Shown here: one piece after another, positions 31,451 through 41,395 of the stretch | Layout of the letters: the number at the start of each line of letters is the position of its first letter | How positions within the stretch are numbered: position 1 is the stretch's first letter | NCBI GenBank assembly: GCA_022865345.1 | Contig: JALHSU010000134.1 | Location: 33,050 to 97,049 of the forward strand | Direction: 5' to 3' | DNA length: 64,000 nt | From: Candidatus Zixiibacteriota bacterium | GTDB lineage: Bacteria > Zixibacteria > MSB-5A5 > RBG-16-43-9 | Translations under genes and position numbers: made by a program | Notes under the pieces: generated by a model | What the model saw: only the letters and a program-made list of their open reading frames with translations | Databases searched by the model: none | Told to the model about the DNA's origin: nothing

Positions 31451-32431
31451 TTAAAAAATTATAGCTTTCAGAGCTTCTTGATAAGCTTTCAGCTTTGCCT
31501 TTTTCCTTTCTAAAGAGCTATCCTTATCGAATCTAAGCTTAATATAAGCCAGGCGAGTTAATAGGTCAATAAGCATAACTATTCTTATTAAAAAGTTTCC
31601 TAACTTACTATAATACTTTCTTCCGAAGTAAGTTCTTCTGACATATGAATGAAAAAGCCGAACGTAAAAAGATTCCGCATCCTCTAAAGAGCTTCCGCCC
31701 ACTATATGGACGATCTTTGCCTGGGGAAAATAGATCACCTTCCATCCTTTTCTTTGGGCTCTCCAGCAAAAGTCCACATCTTCAGAGAAAAGAAAAAGGT
31801 TCTCATCAAAGAGACCTATTTCATCCAGAACCCTTTTCCTGACCAAAAGGCAGGCTCCCGTTACCCAGAATACTTCAAATGGGTCTTCGCTTTCTTTGAT
31901 CAACTTATCATAAAGACGATCAGTCCAATACTCTGGCAAAATCCTTTCCAATTTCATATAAGGAACAATATCTAGTATTTCTCTCAAAACTGTTCGCCGA
32001 GGGAAGGCAGTTCTTTGTTCCTTTTGCTTCTCATCGAGGATCTTACAGCCCAAGATGCCCACCTCTGGGTTTTCTTCCAGAAATCTTATCATCTCCTTTA
32101 GACTTGAATCTAGAATCTCAGTGTCAGGATTCAAAAGTAGGATATATTCACTGCTTATCTCCCTTAAAGCCCGATTACAAGCCTTCGAGAAACCTAAATT
32201 CACTGAATTGGCTATTAGCCTTACCTTAGGGAAGTTCTCCTTAATTTTCTGCGGACTATTATCATTTGAAGCATTATCCACCACTATAACCTCAAAATCA
32301 ATATCCTCTACTTTCTCATAAATAGAAGAAAGGCACCGGAGCAAGAAAAATGAAGCTTTGTAATTGACTATAATTATCGAAAGTCTATAAGTATTCTGGA
32401 TGTGATGTAAATCTGAACTGTATGAATCCAT
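31451..32431 (-). CDS. glycosyltransferase family 2
   Basis: N-terminal IIIVNYK...DNASND... GT-A DxD-type fold. Confidence 0.8.
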   Translation of the reverse strand: MDSYSSDLHHIQNTYRLSIIIVNYKASFFLLRCLSSIYEKVEDIDFEVIVVDNASNDNSPQKIKENFPKVRLIANSVNLGFSKACNRALREISSEYILLLNPDTEILDSSLKEMIRFLEENPEVGILGCKILDEKQKEQRTAFPRRTVLREILDIVPYMKLERILPEYWTDRLYDKLIKESEDPFEVFWVTGACLLVRKRVLDEIGLFDENLFLFSEDVDFCWRAQRKGWKVIYFPQAKIVHIVGGSSLEDAESFYVRLFHSYVRRTYFGRKYYSKLGNFLIRIVMLIDLLTRLAYIKLRFDKDSSLERKKAKLKAYQEALKAIIF

Positions 32432-32437
32432 CTGCGG

Positions 32438-33820
32438 TTACTCGGCTTTTGGTTTAAAAACGTTGAGCAGACCTAAAAAAAAGAGAAATTCAATTCCGCT
32501 TACTCGGTAAAACCACTCCCCGGCATAAAAAGAGGAGATGAAAACGAAGAGGACAATCCCCAGAAGTGCAAAAGTTATGCTCGTATCCTGAGGGGTTAAA
32601 GATAATTTAAACTTTGCCCAGCCAATTTTTAAGACGGAAAAGAAAAAATAGAATAAAGCCAAAATTCCCAAAATGCCAGCAGAGGAAAGATAATATAGGA
32701 CTATGTTATGAGGGTCTAATCCATATATATAAAAAACTAAGGGGGAAAATCTAAGTTCCGGAAAAACCTGGGATAGATTGTAGAACTGGCCTAAGCCAAT
32801 TCCCAGAACTGGATTGTGCAGAAAAGACTTCACAGCCAAACTCCAAAGGTACAAACGTATCTCAGTAGTTTCCACATATCTACCTGGCAAGTAATAGAGT
32901 CCATGATGCACTCTCTTTAAAAGCTCAGGGTAACTCAAAAATAAGACCGCCATCACCAGCAAAACCAAAGACAACGAAACCAAAACCCTTTGCTTGGAGA
33001 ATAAAAAACCCACACTTCCAGCTTTCTTAAGAGCAATGAAACTTAGAAGTAGATAAATTAGAACAAAACTTATCATGGCACCTCTGGTCTGAGTAACAAA
33101 AAGCCCTCCCAGGAGAAGAAGAAAAATTAAGCCATAGGTCAGCCTTTTTTTGGGCAAAGGCTCAAAAAGATAAAACGAATAAGAGATTATGAGTCCTCCT
33201 ATAATAAGATCTGCAACGTTTGGCCCACCAAGTCCGAAAGCTCTTACCTTGCCTGACGCATGCCAGAATTGAAATATACTATAGATGGTGTGCAGGGAAG
33301 CCAGACCCAAAAAGAAGTTTAAAAACCTATGAACCTCCCCTGAATCTATACCCCAGCTCACCAAGTAGAAGATTACAAAAACCTGCAGATGCCAGATATA
33401 AACTCTAATTCCGCTGCTGAAATCAACCGTATTTACCAGAGAAAGTCCAAGGATAACAAGAAAGAGATAAATAGGTTTATCCAATGGGGTTCCCCTGAAA
33501 ATCAGTGACCTGGAAGTCAAGAAATACCCTAAAAAAGAAAACACTAAAATTAGACTAATCAAATCAATCGGCACAAAAAACTTACCCATAAAATAAATGT
33601 CATATCTTATAAATAAGCTGATTAATAATAAATATACACTCAACTTGTAATTTAAAAGCAGTACAAAGGAAATCCCTATGACCAACGGTAAAAACAAATA
33701 GATGGACCCTCTCAAAGCAGAAAGAAATACAAGCAAGATTATGGCAAGATCTATTATGAAAATCGTTAGTAACTGTTTTCTTGATAAATTAAAATCAAAT
33801 CTCTCAATCCAGGTTCTCAT
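32438..33820 (-). CDS. O-antigen polymerase/ligase-like polytopic membrane protein (Wzy-like)
   Basis: ~11 TM helices with a large periplasmic-type loop; located within a Wzx/Wzy locus. Confidence 0.6.
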   Translation of the reverse strand: MRTWIERFDFNLSRKQLLTIFIIDLAIILLVFLSALRGSIYLFLPLVIGISFVLLLNYKLSVYLLLISLFIRYDIYFMGKFFVPIDLISLILVFSFLGYFLTSRSLIFRGTPLDKPIYLFLVILGLSLVNTVDFSSGIRVYIWHLQVFVIFYLVSWGIDSGEVHRFLNFFLGLASLHTIYSIFQFWHASGKVRAFGLGGPNVADLIIGGLIISYSFYLFEPLPKKRLTYGLIFLLLLGGLFVTQTRGAMISFVLIYLLLSFIALKKAGSVGFLFSKQRVLVSLSLVLLVMAVLFLSYPELLKRVHHGLYYLPGRYVETTEIRLYLWSLAVKSFLHNPVLGIGLGQFYNLSQVFPELRFSPLVFYIYGLDPHNIVLYYLSSAGILGILALFYFFFSVLKIGWAKFKLSLTPQDTSITFALLGIVLFVFISSFYAGEWFYRVSGIEFLFFLGLLNVFKPKAE

Positions 33821-34473
33821 TTTATTCTCGTTTTAATAAAATAGCCGGCAGTGAAAAACCTTTTAAGACCACCCAGGGTCATAAGATTTCCTATCTTGTT
33901 TATGAATCTAGGAGGGATATGATGTATCAACTCTTTAATCTCCAAACCAGACCCTTGAAATAAATCAATCAAACTTTTTCTGGTGAAAAACCTTAGATGA
34001 GTTCTGTCCAGAATCCCTGCATCCACGTACTCCCACTTATCTAAAAAGATCATATCTTTTAATATCTCCCAGTAAGTTATATTAGGTATGCTGGCAATCA
34101 CAAAACCAGAAGAGGATAGGTATCTCTTCAGTTTTCTCAAGGTACCCCATGGGTCAGAAAGATGCTCAAGCACATCGCCAAATATTATATAATCAAAATA
34201 CCTATCGGGATAGGGAAGAGATATCACCTGAATGTCTCCAACTATGACCTTATCTAATCTTTCTTTAGCCTTTAAGGCTGCAGGTTCAAATATCTCTACT
34301 CCTATGACCTCTTTAGCCTTACCAGTCCTCTTCAACTCGGAACCGGTAAAACCCTCCCCACACCCAACATCCAAAATCTTATTGCCATTACCCTCAATCA
34401 TTTGGATCAAGTCATGTCTTATAAGACCATAATAGTTATTGTTTTTTTCTTTATAGATATCCTCTTTATTCAT
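33817..34473 (-). CDS. class I SAM-dependent methyltransferase
   Basis: Motif I LDVGCGEG; acidic motif II. Confidence 0.75.
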   Translation of the reverse strand: MNKEDIYKEKNNNYYGLIRHDLIQMIEGNGNKILDVGCGEGFTGSELKRTGKAKEVIGVEIFEPAALKAKERLDKVIVGDIQVISLPYPDRYFDYIIFGDVLEHLSDPWGTLRKLKRYLSSSGFVIASIPNITYWEILKDMIFLDKWEYVDAGILDRTHLRFFTRKSLIDLFQGSGLEIKELIHHIPPRFINKIGNLMTLGGLKRFFTAGYFIKTRIK

Positions 34474-35887
34474 GCGGAGCCCTTATGATTTGCTTTAGCC
34501 ATATAACATCTTCTCTATGAATCCCTCGAAGAATGATCATGGCTCCTAAATAAACAGCCATTCCTATGAACACTTTAATTAGAAGGTTCCCAGAAAGAGA
34601 ATATAGAACCAGACCCATAAGAGAGGAAGAACCAAGTACTTTTAAAAGATCGATCCAGGGAATGGATTTCACTATTCTTCCTGAATAAAAGAGAATTAAT
34701 CCCAGAGTGACTACCTCACATACTATGGTTGCAATGCTTGCGCCCAACATACTATATTTTGGTATAAGTATTAGGTTTAAGGTTAAATTGACCACAGCGC
34801 CAATTAAAACGCTGTACATATATTCTTTCTGTCTATCGCTTGCCAGCAAACAAAATGCAAAGGAGCAATTGAAATAAACCGTAAAAACGCTCCAGATTAA
34901 GATTTGAAGCGGCAGTATGCTAGACTGATAAGCTGACCCGTAAACAAATCGAATGATTTGGTCACTCAAGATCGTTCCACCTACAGCAATAGGAAGTCCA
35001 AAAAAAATAGTCAGTCGTGAAAATTGAAGCACAAATTTCCGAAACTGGTCTAAAGACTCCTTATAGCATCTCGAAAGTACTGGGAATACCGCGGTTCCAA
35101 ACAGAGAAGCGAAACCGACAAATACCAGAACTATCTTATAAGCTGCATTATACCAACCTACCACCGTTACCCCCTTCATAAAACCCAGCATAATGGTATC
35201 TAAATTATAATATATCTGGATCACTACTAAGGAAAACCCCATAGGCAGTGATTGTTTGAAGATTTCTTTCCAGGCTGAAGGATTCAAACTCAGTTTAAAT
35301 GATCCATTGAGCTTGAAAAATAAAAGAGCCAAAAGGCATAAAGAGAAAAAAGCTGCGATAACTTTTATCAGTGGAACTTGGAAGACATAAGAGCTATTTT
35401 TCACAACTATAAAAATGCCTCCAACATAAAGCAGTTGATTCATCAGCTGTCCCAAGGCTATAAATTCCATTCGCTCAATACCTTGAAAAAACCAATTAAG
35501 GGTAAATGAAAAGGTGAAAATACTTAACCCATATATAAGGATGAGCTGTTTAATGTCCCAGGGTTTATTTATAAGTAAAACGAAGATAACCAGTAATCCA
35601 TAAGCCAGAAGAGATAAAAAAAATCTTATGCTAAGCACATTGTTGACTATTTCCTTAATTTTCTCTTGCCCTTTTGCAATTTCCCGAACACCCCATAGAT
35701 CCAGACCTTGATTTACTAGTAAAACAAAATATATGATTATGGCTTGAGCAAATTCTATCTTTCCAAAACCTTCTACAGTCAGTACCCGCGCTAAATATAT
35801 GACACTTATAAAGCCTAAAGCTTTAGTGATAAGATCCGCACCTAGTAAAAAAGAAAAATTTCTTAGAATTTTTTTAGAAGTAGTCAA
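34466..35887 (-). CDS. Wzx-type polysaccharide flippase (MOP superfamily)
   Basis: ~12-14 TM helices; polysaccharide-biosynthesis-protein family layout. Confidence 0.75.
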   Translation of the reverse strand: MTTSKKILRNFSFLLGADLITKALGFISVIYLARVLTVEGFGKIEFAQAIIIYFVLLVNQGLDLWGVREIAKGQEKIKEIVNNVLSIRFFLSLLAYGLLVIFVLLINKPWDIKQLILIYGLSIFTFSFTLNWFFQGIERMEFIALGQLMNQLLYVGGIFIVVKNSSYVFQVPLIKVIAAFFSLCLLALLFFKLNGSFKLSLNPSAWKEIFKQSLPMGFSLVVIQIYYNLDTIMLGFMKGVTVVGWYNAAYKIVLVFVGFASLFGTAVFPVLSRCYKESLDQFRKFVLQFSRLTIFFGLPIAVGGTILSDQIIRFVYGSAYQSSILPLQILIWSVFTVYFNCSFAFCLLASDRQKEYMYSVLIGAVVNLTLNLILIPKYSMLGASIATIVCEVVTLGLILFYSGRIVKSIPWIDLLKVLGSSSLMGLVLYSLSGNLLIKVFIGMAVYLGAMIILRGIHREDVIWLKQIIRAPHE

Positions 35888-35931
35888 TGGGAAAGGTTCA
35901 GGTCTTCTAAATCTATTTATTGAAAATCGGT

Positions 35932-37035
35932 TTATGTGCTTATAGACTTTTTTATCTTCTCTATTACAAAATCTTGTTCCTCTCTTTTTAGCTCCGGATA
36001 AATTGGAATCGAGAGGACCTCCTGGGCTTTTTTCTCTGCATTTGGAAGATCGCCTTTTTTGTACCCTAAATCCTCAAAACATTTCTGCAGATGTAAAGGG
36101 AGCGGGTAGTAAGTATCAAAGCCTATCTGATTTTGAGCTAAATGCTCTTTCAGTTTTTCCCGGTCTTTGACTGCAATGGTATACTGGTTATAAATATGAT
36201 AATTGAAACTTTCCACCCTGGGCGTAATCAGGTCCATCTCCTTAAAGGCACGGTCATAGTAAGCTGCGTTTTCCCGTCTCTTTTCATGCCAGGAATCCAG
36301 ATATTTAAGCTTAACCTTCAAGATTGCTGCCTGCAGAGTGTCTAATCTGCTATTATATCCGACTATTGAATGAACATATTTGGTTTGGGAACCATGTACT
36401 CTCAAAAGTCTTAATTTTTCTGCTAAATCTGGATCATTGGTTACCACCATTCCACCATCCCCTGCCCCACCTAAATTCTTTGAAGGGTAGAAACTAAAAC
36501 ACCCAGCATCCCCTATTGAGCCAGCTTTTTTTCCTTTATACATTGCGCCGATGGACTGGGCGGCATCCTCGATTACTTTTATCTTATGCCTTTTTGCTAA
36601 AGCTAAGATCGGGTCCATATCTGCACTCTGCCCGAAAAGATGAACCGGCATAATTGCCTTGGTCTTTTTGGTGATCCTTTTCTCGATTTGATCTGGATCT
36701 ATATTATATGTGAAAGGATCAATATCTACAAAAACCGGCTTGGCTTTCAGGTTGGCGATCACACCGGCTGAGGCGAAAAAGGAAAAAGTCGAAGTAATAA
36801 CCTCGTCCCCTGGCTCAACCCCACAAGCTCTTAGAGACAAAAGCAGGGCATCTGTGCCTGAGGCAACTCCGATAGCATATTTGGTCTCGCAGTACCGGGC
36901 GATTTGTTCCTCCAAAGTCTTTACCTCTGGTCCCAGTATGAACTGGGTATGATTCAACACTTCAGAGATCGCTTGATCGATTTCTTTTCTAATAGAGGCA
37001 TACTCCCTTTTCAGGTCCAGAAACGGGACTTTCAT
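35932..37035 (-). CDS. DegT/DnrJ/EryC1/StrS family PLP-dependent sugar aminotransferase
   Basis: Family-typical N-terminus and the PLP-lysine region SFYPSKNLG. Confidence 0.85.
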   Translation of the reverse strand: MKVPFLDLKREYASIRKEIDQAISEVLNHTQFILGPEVKTLEEQIARYCETKYAIGVASGTDALLLSLRACGVEPGDEVITSTFSFFASAGVIANLKAKPVFVDIDPFTYNIDPDQIEKRITKKTKAIMPVHLFGQSADMDPILALAKRHKIKVIEDAAQSIGAMYKGKKAGSIGDAGCFSFYPSKNLGGAGDGGMVVTNDPDLAEKLRLLRVHGSQTKYVHSIVGYNSRLDTLQAAILKVKLKYLDSWHEKRRENAAYYDRAFKEMDLITPRVESFNYHIYNQYTIAVKDREKLKEHLAQNQIGFDTYYPLPLHLQKCFEDLGYKKGDLPNAEKKAQEVLSIPIYPELKREEQDFVIEKIKKSIST

Positions 37036-37053
37036 TTTCTCCTCCAGATTTTT

Positions 37054-37797
37054 CTATTGATTTTCCAAAAGCTGATCTTCGGGCACGTCTTTCATAACTT
37101 TCGCAGGAGATCCCAGGACTATCTTTTTGGAAGGGGTATCTTTGGTGACCACTGCACCTGCAGCCACCTGTGAATCTTCTCCAATCACCTTGCCCGGAAG
37201 GATGGTAGCATTAAGCCCGATTCTGCCGCCCTTCTTGACAGTCACTCCCTTGTAATGCTTGAACCTTTCCTTGCTTCTCCCCATATAGTTATCATTACTG
37301 GTAGCCACACACGGTGCGATAAAACAGTAATCCTCCAATTCGGAATAAGCTGTTATGTAGACATTGGTCTCCAGTTTGCAATAGGAGCCAATCTTGCATA
37401 AATTCTCAATGGCTGCCCCTCTTCCTATTATGGTGAAATCTCCAATTGTTACATTCTCCCTGACTGTGGACAGGTCAGCTACCAACACCTTTTTTCCAAG
37501 AGTTGCGCCCCGGTATATGACTACTGAGGTTCCGATTATAGAGTTATCCCCTATTTTCGCTGGAGGAAGCTCCTGCTCTTTAGTAGTAGCACTCCTTGCA
37601 GCTTTCATCGGATTCTTGCCAATTACAGTATTATCATCAATCCTCACATAATCACCTATTTCAGTTCCCGGATAAACTGTCACATTGTTCCCAATTACAC
37701 ATTCCTTACCGATCTGGACTTCTTCCCAGATCACCGTGTACCAGCCGACTTTTGTCTTTTCACCCAATTCAGCCTTGGGATCTATATAGTTTTGCAT
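37054..37797 (-). CDS. hexapeptide-repeat (left-handed beta-helix) sugar N-acetyltransferase
   Basis: Multiple [LIV]GxxxxI hexapeptide repeats; adjacent to the DegT aminotransferase, a classic amino-sugar N-acetylation pair. Confidence 0.7.
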   Translation of the reverse strand: MQNYIDPKAELGEKTKVGWYTVIWEEVQIGKECVIGNNVTVYPGTEIGDYVRIDDNTVIGKNPMKAARSATTKEQELPPAKIGDNSIIGTSVVIYRGATLGKKVLVADLSTVRENVTIGDFTIIGRGAAIENLCKIGSYCKLETNVYITAYSELEDYCFIAPCVATSNDNYMGRSKERFKHYKGVTVKKGGRIGLNATILPGKVIGEDSQVAAGAVVTKDTPSKKIVLGSPAKVMKDVPEDQLLENQ

Positions 37798-37840
37798 CCT
37801 TACTCCTGGTCATCTTGCAGGGCAAACCTTTAGGTTTGCT

Positions 37841-37872
37841 TTTTTTCGTAGTGCGACCCTTTCAGGGTCGCT
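37841..37872. repeat. identical copy of the 33-mer REP-like unit, downstream of the Wzz-like gene start region
   Basis: Exact match to 11786-11819; preceded by the hairpin gcaaacctttaggtttgc. Confidence 0.8.
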
Positions 37873-37945
37873 ATCGCTCCACCAGAGGCGGAGCCCTATG
37901 GTTTTACTTTTTGCGTCTCCCGTCTCTCATCTTACGTCTTACTTT

Positions 37946-39217
37946 TTACTCCTGATTTTTGCTCTTTCTAAAATTCAGTATGTTCTTTAAGCTCGCTAAG
38001 TCCTTCCTTACTAAGGAGATCATCTCTTCCATCTTTCTATAATCCTCCGGCTGTTTTCTCTTAGTCCTTTCAATATATTCCAGGCTAAAAGAAAAAATTA
38101 CACTTAAAAACAAGCTAACTATTCCAGCTATTAATACCATGACTGCCCGTTTGGGTTTGTATTTAGTCTCCGGCGGCGAAGCTTTGTCCAGCACCTGAAC
38201 CGTGGGAGTGTCCTTGGTTTCCTCAATTTTATATTGCTCATACTGCTGGGTCAAAAGCTCAAACAGCTTCTCCTGGATTTTGACCTCGCGCGTAAGACGA
38301 GCCAGCTCTAAGCTTAAAGAGGGAACCTGTGAAAAAGTGACACCCAGGACATTCTTGTCTTTGGTGTTTTCAGAACCGGATTCCAACATGCCCAGTTGCC
38401 TTTTAATCTCATTTATCCTGGATTTCAACTGCTGGATCTGCGGATGATCAGGCGACATATTTTTGCCCAGCACGTTCATCTGGATCTCCGCCGAGGTCAT
38501 CTCGGCTTTTAATTCTGCTGCTGCCTGAACAGCGGCTTTCATCTGCTCGTCAAGGACTATAGCCTTATTCCTCTCCTGATAACTCCTTAGACTATCCTCA
38601 GCCGCCTTCAGATTCGTCTGGGTCTGGCTCAGTCTTTCCTCAATGAAGATTCTGGCGTTCTTGGCCTTTGAGGTGCTGGTCATCCTGTTTACCCGATCCA
38701 GTTCTTCTACCAAGAGGTTAGCCACCCGTGCAGCCCGGTCTTTATTTTTATCCTCGAATTCAATTGAGATAATCCCCTCACTTTCCACTTTCACCTGAAG
38801 ATGGGAAAAGAATTCCATCAGACCATCCTCCATCCTGCTTACCCCGTAAACTTTTAGGAGGTTTTCCTGCTGGACCACCGGTTCCACTACTGCCCGACTC
38901 TTAAGTATCGCCGCGAAAACATCAGATGGGGTCGCGGTCATCGGAAGGCTTAACCCGCTTAATGTAGAGAATTCACCTAATAGTGAACTGCTAATCCCCA
39001 CTCCCAGACTGCCTTTTTCCGGAGGTAAAAGGGTAGTTTTAGCCCGGTACCAGTTAGGCAGAAAAAGGGAGAGCAGGCCAACTGTAAAACAAATAAAAAT
39101 GAAATTGAAAAAAATGAACCGTCTGTATTTGACTAAAACGGCAAGATAACTGTAGAGATTTATATTCTCCAGTTCTGTGGAGGTAGATTCAGGATTATTT
39201 GATTTTTCTTCTACCAT
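37946..39217 (-). CDS. polysaccharide chain-length determinant (Wzz/PCP family, no kinase domain)
   Basis: N- and C-terminal TM helices flanking a long coiled-coil periplasmic domain. Confidence 0.65.
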   Translation of the reverse strand: MVEEKSNNPESTSTELENINLYSYLAVLVKYRRFIFFNFIFICFTVGLLSLFLPNWYRAKTTLLPPEKGSLGVGISSSLLGEFSTLSGLSLPMTATPSDVFAAILKSRAVVEPVVQQENLLKVYGVSRMEDGLMEFFSHLQVKVESEGIISIEFEDKNKDRAARVANLLVEELDRVNRMTSTSKAKNARIFIEERLSQTQTNLKAAEDSLRSYQERNKAIVLDEQMKAAVQAAAELKAEMTSAEIQMNVLGKNMSPDHPQIQQLKSRINEIKRQLGMLESGSENTKDKNVLGVTFSQVPSLSLELARLTREVKIQEKLFELLTQQYEQYKIEETKDTPTVQVLDKASPPETKYKPKRAVMVLIAGIVSLFLSVIFSFSLEYIERTKRKQPEDYRKMEEMISLVRKDLASLKNILNFRKSKNQE

Positions 39218-39234
39218 TTATTTTTTAAAAAAGC

Positions 39235-40821
39235 TTATTTGGTGGCATTATTTATGACCAAATAAAGAGTGGCTGCACTGCTTATCACTGTTATCACATC
39301 TTTAAAAGTACTCAAGAAGCTTTTCTCTGACTTTTCTGGTACCCAGATAACGTCTCCTGGCTCTATACTCCTGTCAGGCTTTTTCCACTCTCCGGTTGTA
39401 CTCTTGATTAATTTAACTTTCCCCGTACTTGCTCTCCACGAAAAGCCACCTGCTTTTTTGATATAATAACTATAATCCTTCCCTGGCTCATAACTCAAAA
39501 AACCGGGGTTAACAACGCTGCCGGTAACCTTTACCGCCAGATTTTTCCTTGGAATAAAGACCTCATCCTTATCTATTAACAGAATATTTTCCTCCGGATC
39601 TCCACCCTTAAAAAGCTTAACAAAATCTATTGAGGCCCTGCCTGGTCTTTCTCTGGACTTGGTCTTGAAATATTCATACTCGTAGCTTTTCATATCCGCA
39701 ACCGGGATTTTTTTCAACCTCTCATATTCCAGATCAGGTTTTTCAGGAATATATTCTCTGATCATCTCTGCTTCTTCTAAGGAAGCCTCTTCTGTAAATC
39801 CACCAGCCAGGCTGATTAAATCTAAAAGTCTCGTCTTCCCCTCCTCAATTGCATAAACCCCGGGATAAAGAACCTCTCCATTAATGTTGACCTGTTTTTT
39901 CTCCTTGAAATCAGGGGTAGAACGGATAAAAAACCTGTCACCCGGGATCAGAGGTATGTTTTTCCCCCGGTTACCGGCAATGAAAAGCGGAGTTAAATCT
40001 TCTTTGAAGGTTTGAGTATTCTTATTGTCGGAAGCAAACCTGACTATCTCGGTTTTGGATAAATCAGCATCCGGCTCCAACCCTCCGGCTAAGTTTATCA
40101 AATCTAACAAGCTATCATCTTCAGAATATTCATATTCCCCTGGGTCTTTAACCGCTCCATAAATCCCATAATACATAGCAATGTCCTTTAAAGGAACATA
40201 GATGATGTCACCATCCAGGACATAAGGGTTCCGTTCATTATCCCCAGTTTTTAAAAATCTCAGGATATCTATCTTCTTCTGCGACCCATCGTTCCTCTTG
40301 AGGATTATGTTCCTGGTAGTAGAGTTAGGCAGTACCCTTCCTGCCCTCTGGATTATCTCTGAAACCCGTTCATTAGCATAAGCCGAATAAACTCCGGGAC
40401 TTACGACTGCACCGGTTACCGAGACTTTGAACTTTCTTAAATTAAGCAAACTGACAGTGATCTCGATATTTCTATACTTTTTTAAAACTTCTTCCTTAAC
40501 TCCGGATTTAACCTCCTCCAGAGTTTTCCCGGAAACCAGAAGACTTCCGACCCGGGGGATAAGAATTTCTCCCTCTGGAGTGACTTTCAAATTGTAGGTA
40601 GTCTGGAACTCATCCCAGAGCACAATGGAAAGAACGTCTCCTGGTCCGATTACGTATTCCTTTGGGTCAATAGCCTGCTCTAAAGTTTGCTCCCCTGCTG
40701 GAAGCTCTGTCTGTCTGGAAATAAGCGTATCCCGGTTAAAGGTTTCCATCCGATATTGAGCAAAGGTAATCGAATAGATGCTCGTTAGAAGTAAAAGACT
40801 CAAAATCAATTTTGCTCTCAT
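39235..40821 (-). CDS. polysaccharide export protein (Wza-like, Poly_export plus SLBB repeats)
   Basis: Signal peptide; PGDVL poly-export motif; repeated SLBB-like segments. Confidence 0.75.
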   Translation of the reverse strand: MRAKLILSLLLLTSIYSITFAQYRMETFNRDTLISRQTELPAGEQTLEQAIDPKEYVIGPGDVLSIVLWDEFQTTYNLKVTPEGEILIPRVGSLLVSGKTLEEVKSGVKEEVLKKYRNIEITVSLLNLRKFKVSVTGAVVSPGVYSAYANERVSEIIQRAGRVLPNSTTRNIILKRNDGSQKKIDILRFLKTGDNERNPYVLDGDIIYVPLKDIAMYYGIYGAVKDPGEYEYSEDDSLLDLINLAGGLEPDADLSKTEIVRFASDNKNTQTFKEDLTPLFIAGNRGKNIPLIPGDRFFIRSTPDFKEKKQVNINGEVLYPGVYAIEEGKTRLLDLISLAGGFTEEASLEEAEMIREYIPEKPDLEYERLKKIPVADMKSYEYEYFKTKSRERPGRASIDFVKLFKGGDPEENILLIDKDEVFIPRKNLAVKVTGSVVNPGFLSYEPGKDYSYYIKKAGGFSWRASTGKVKLIKSTTGEWKKPDRSIEPGDVIWVPEKSEKSFLSTFKDVITVISSAATLYLVINNATK

Positions 40822-41084
40822 TTTTTGTCCTTAAAGTCTCAATTTTTATTTAAGAAAACCCTTTTATAAAAAAACCGAGTTTGTTAGGACAGGTTCTCCT
40901 ATTTGCAACCCGGTGAAAAAATAATATTATCATTTCCCTCAAGTTAAAGAGTTATGCCCTAATAATCTTGGGTCTGTAAATTCCGATTAAACCGTTTCCT
41001 ATTTTAAAATCTCTAAAAACTATAACTCTTTAACAAATATACTCTAAGCCTTGCCTCCTGAAAAGAGTAAGCTATTCTGCGAAA

Positions 41085-41113
41085 AATAATAAAATAATCT
41101 TGCTTGAATGTCA
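41085..41113 (-). promoter_or_regulatory. candidate sigma70-type promoter (TTGACA-17 nt-TATTAT on the minus strand) ~260 nt upstream of the Wza-like gene
   Basis: Minus-strand read ttgacattcaagcaagattattttattat; would give a long leader into the polysaccharide operon; promoter consensus may differ in this lineage. Confidence 0.3.
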
Positions 41114-41395
41114 AGTAAAATATGAGAGCAAAAAGAGTGAAGAAAAGTAGTTCGAGGGTTCGACTATTCGACAAGCTCCCTTTGGGTCTGAGCCTTCGTT
41201 CGATACTGAGTCTCACGACGAAGTGCAGGGTCGAAGACATAGTCCTGAACCGTGTCAGAAGGGAGGCTCACATCCCCTGACTGTTCGACTTTACTCACAG
41301 TCTGTGAGCGAAATCGAAGGAGGGATGTCCACCAGAAATTCAGCTTTGTCTTTTTTCGTCCGGAATTCGTCATACGTTATTCGTCATTTTATTTC

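Noticed and set aside
37821-37846. Canonical-looking rho-independent terminator on the plus strand (gcaaacctttaggtttgc followed by ttttttt)
   Set aside because: There are no plus-strand genes to terminate. On the transcribed minus strand the T-run precedes the hairpin, and the T-run is part of the repeated 33-mer REP-like unit, so it is attributed to the repeat family rather than a terminator.
41013-41373. Two overlapping small minus-strand ORFs (41013-41240, 41164-41373) in the wza upstream gap
   Set aside because: They overlap each other in different frames and span predicted promoter and REP-like hairpin sequence. The translations are Arg/Leu/Ser-rich with no features, so this is more likely non-coding leader.
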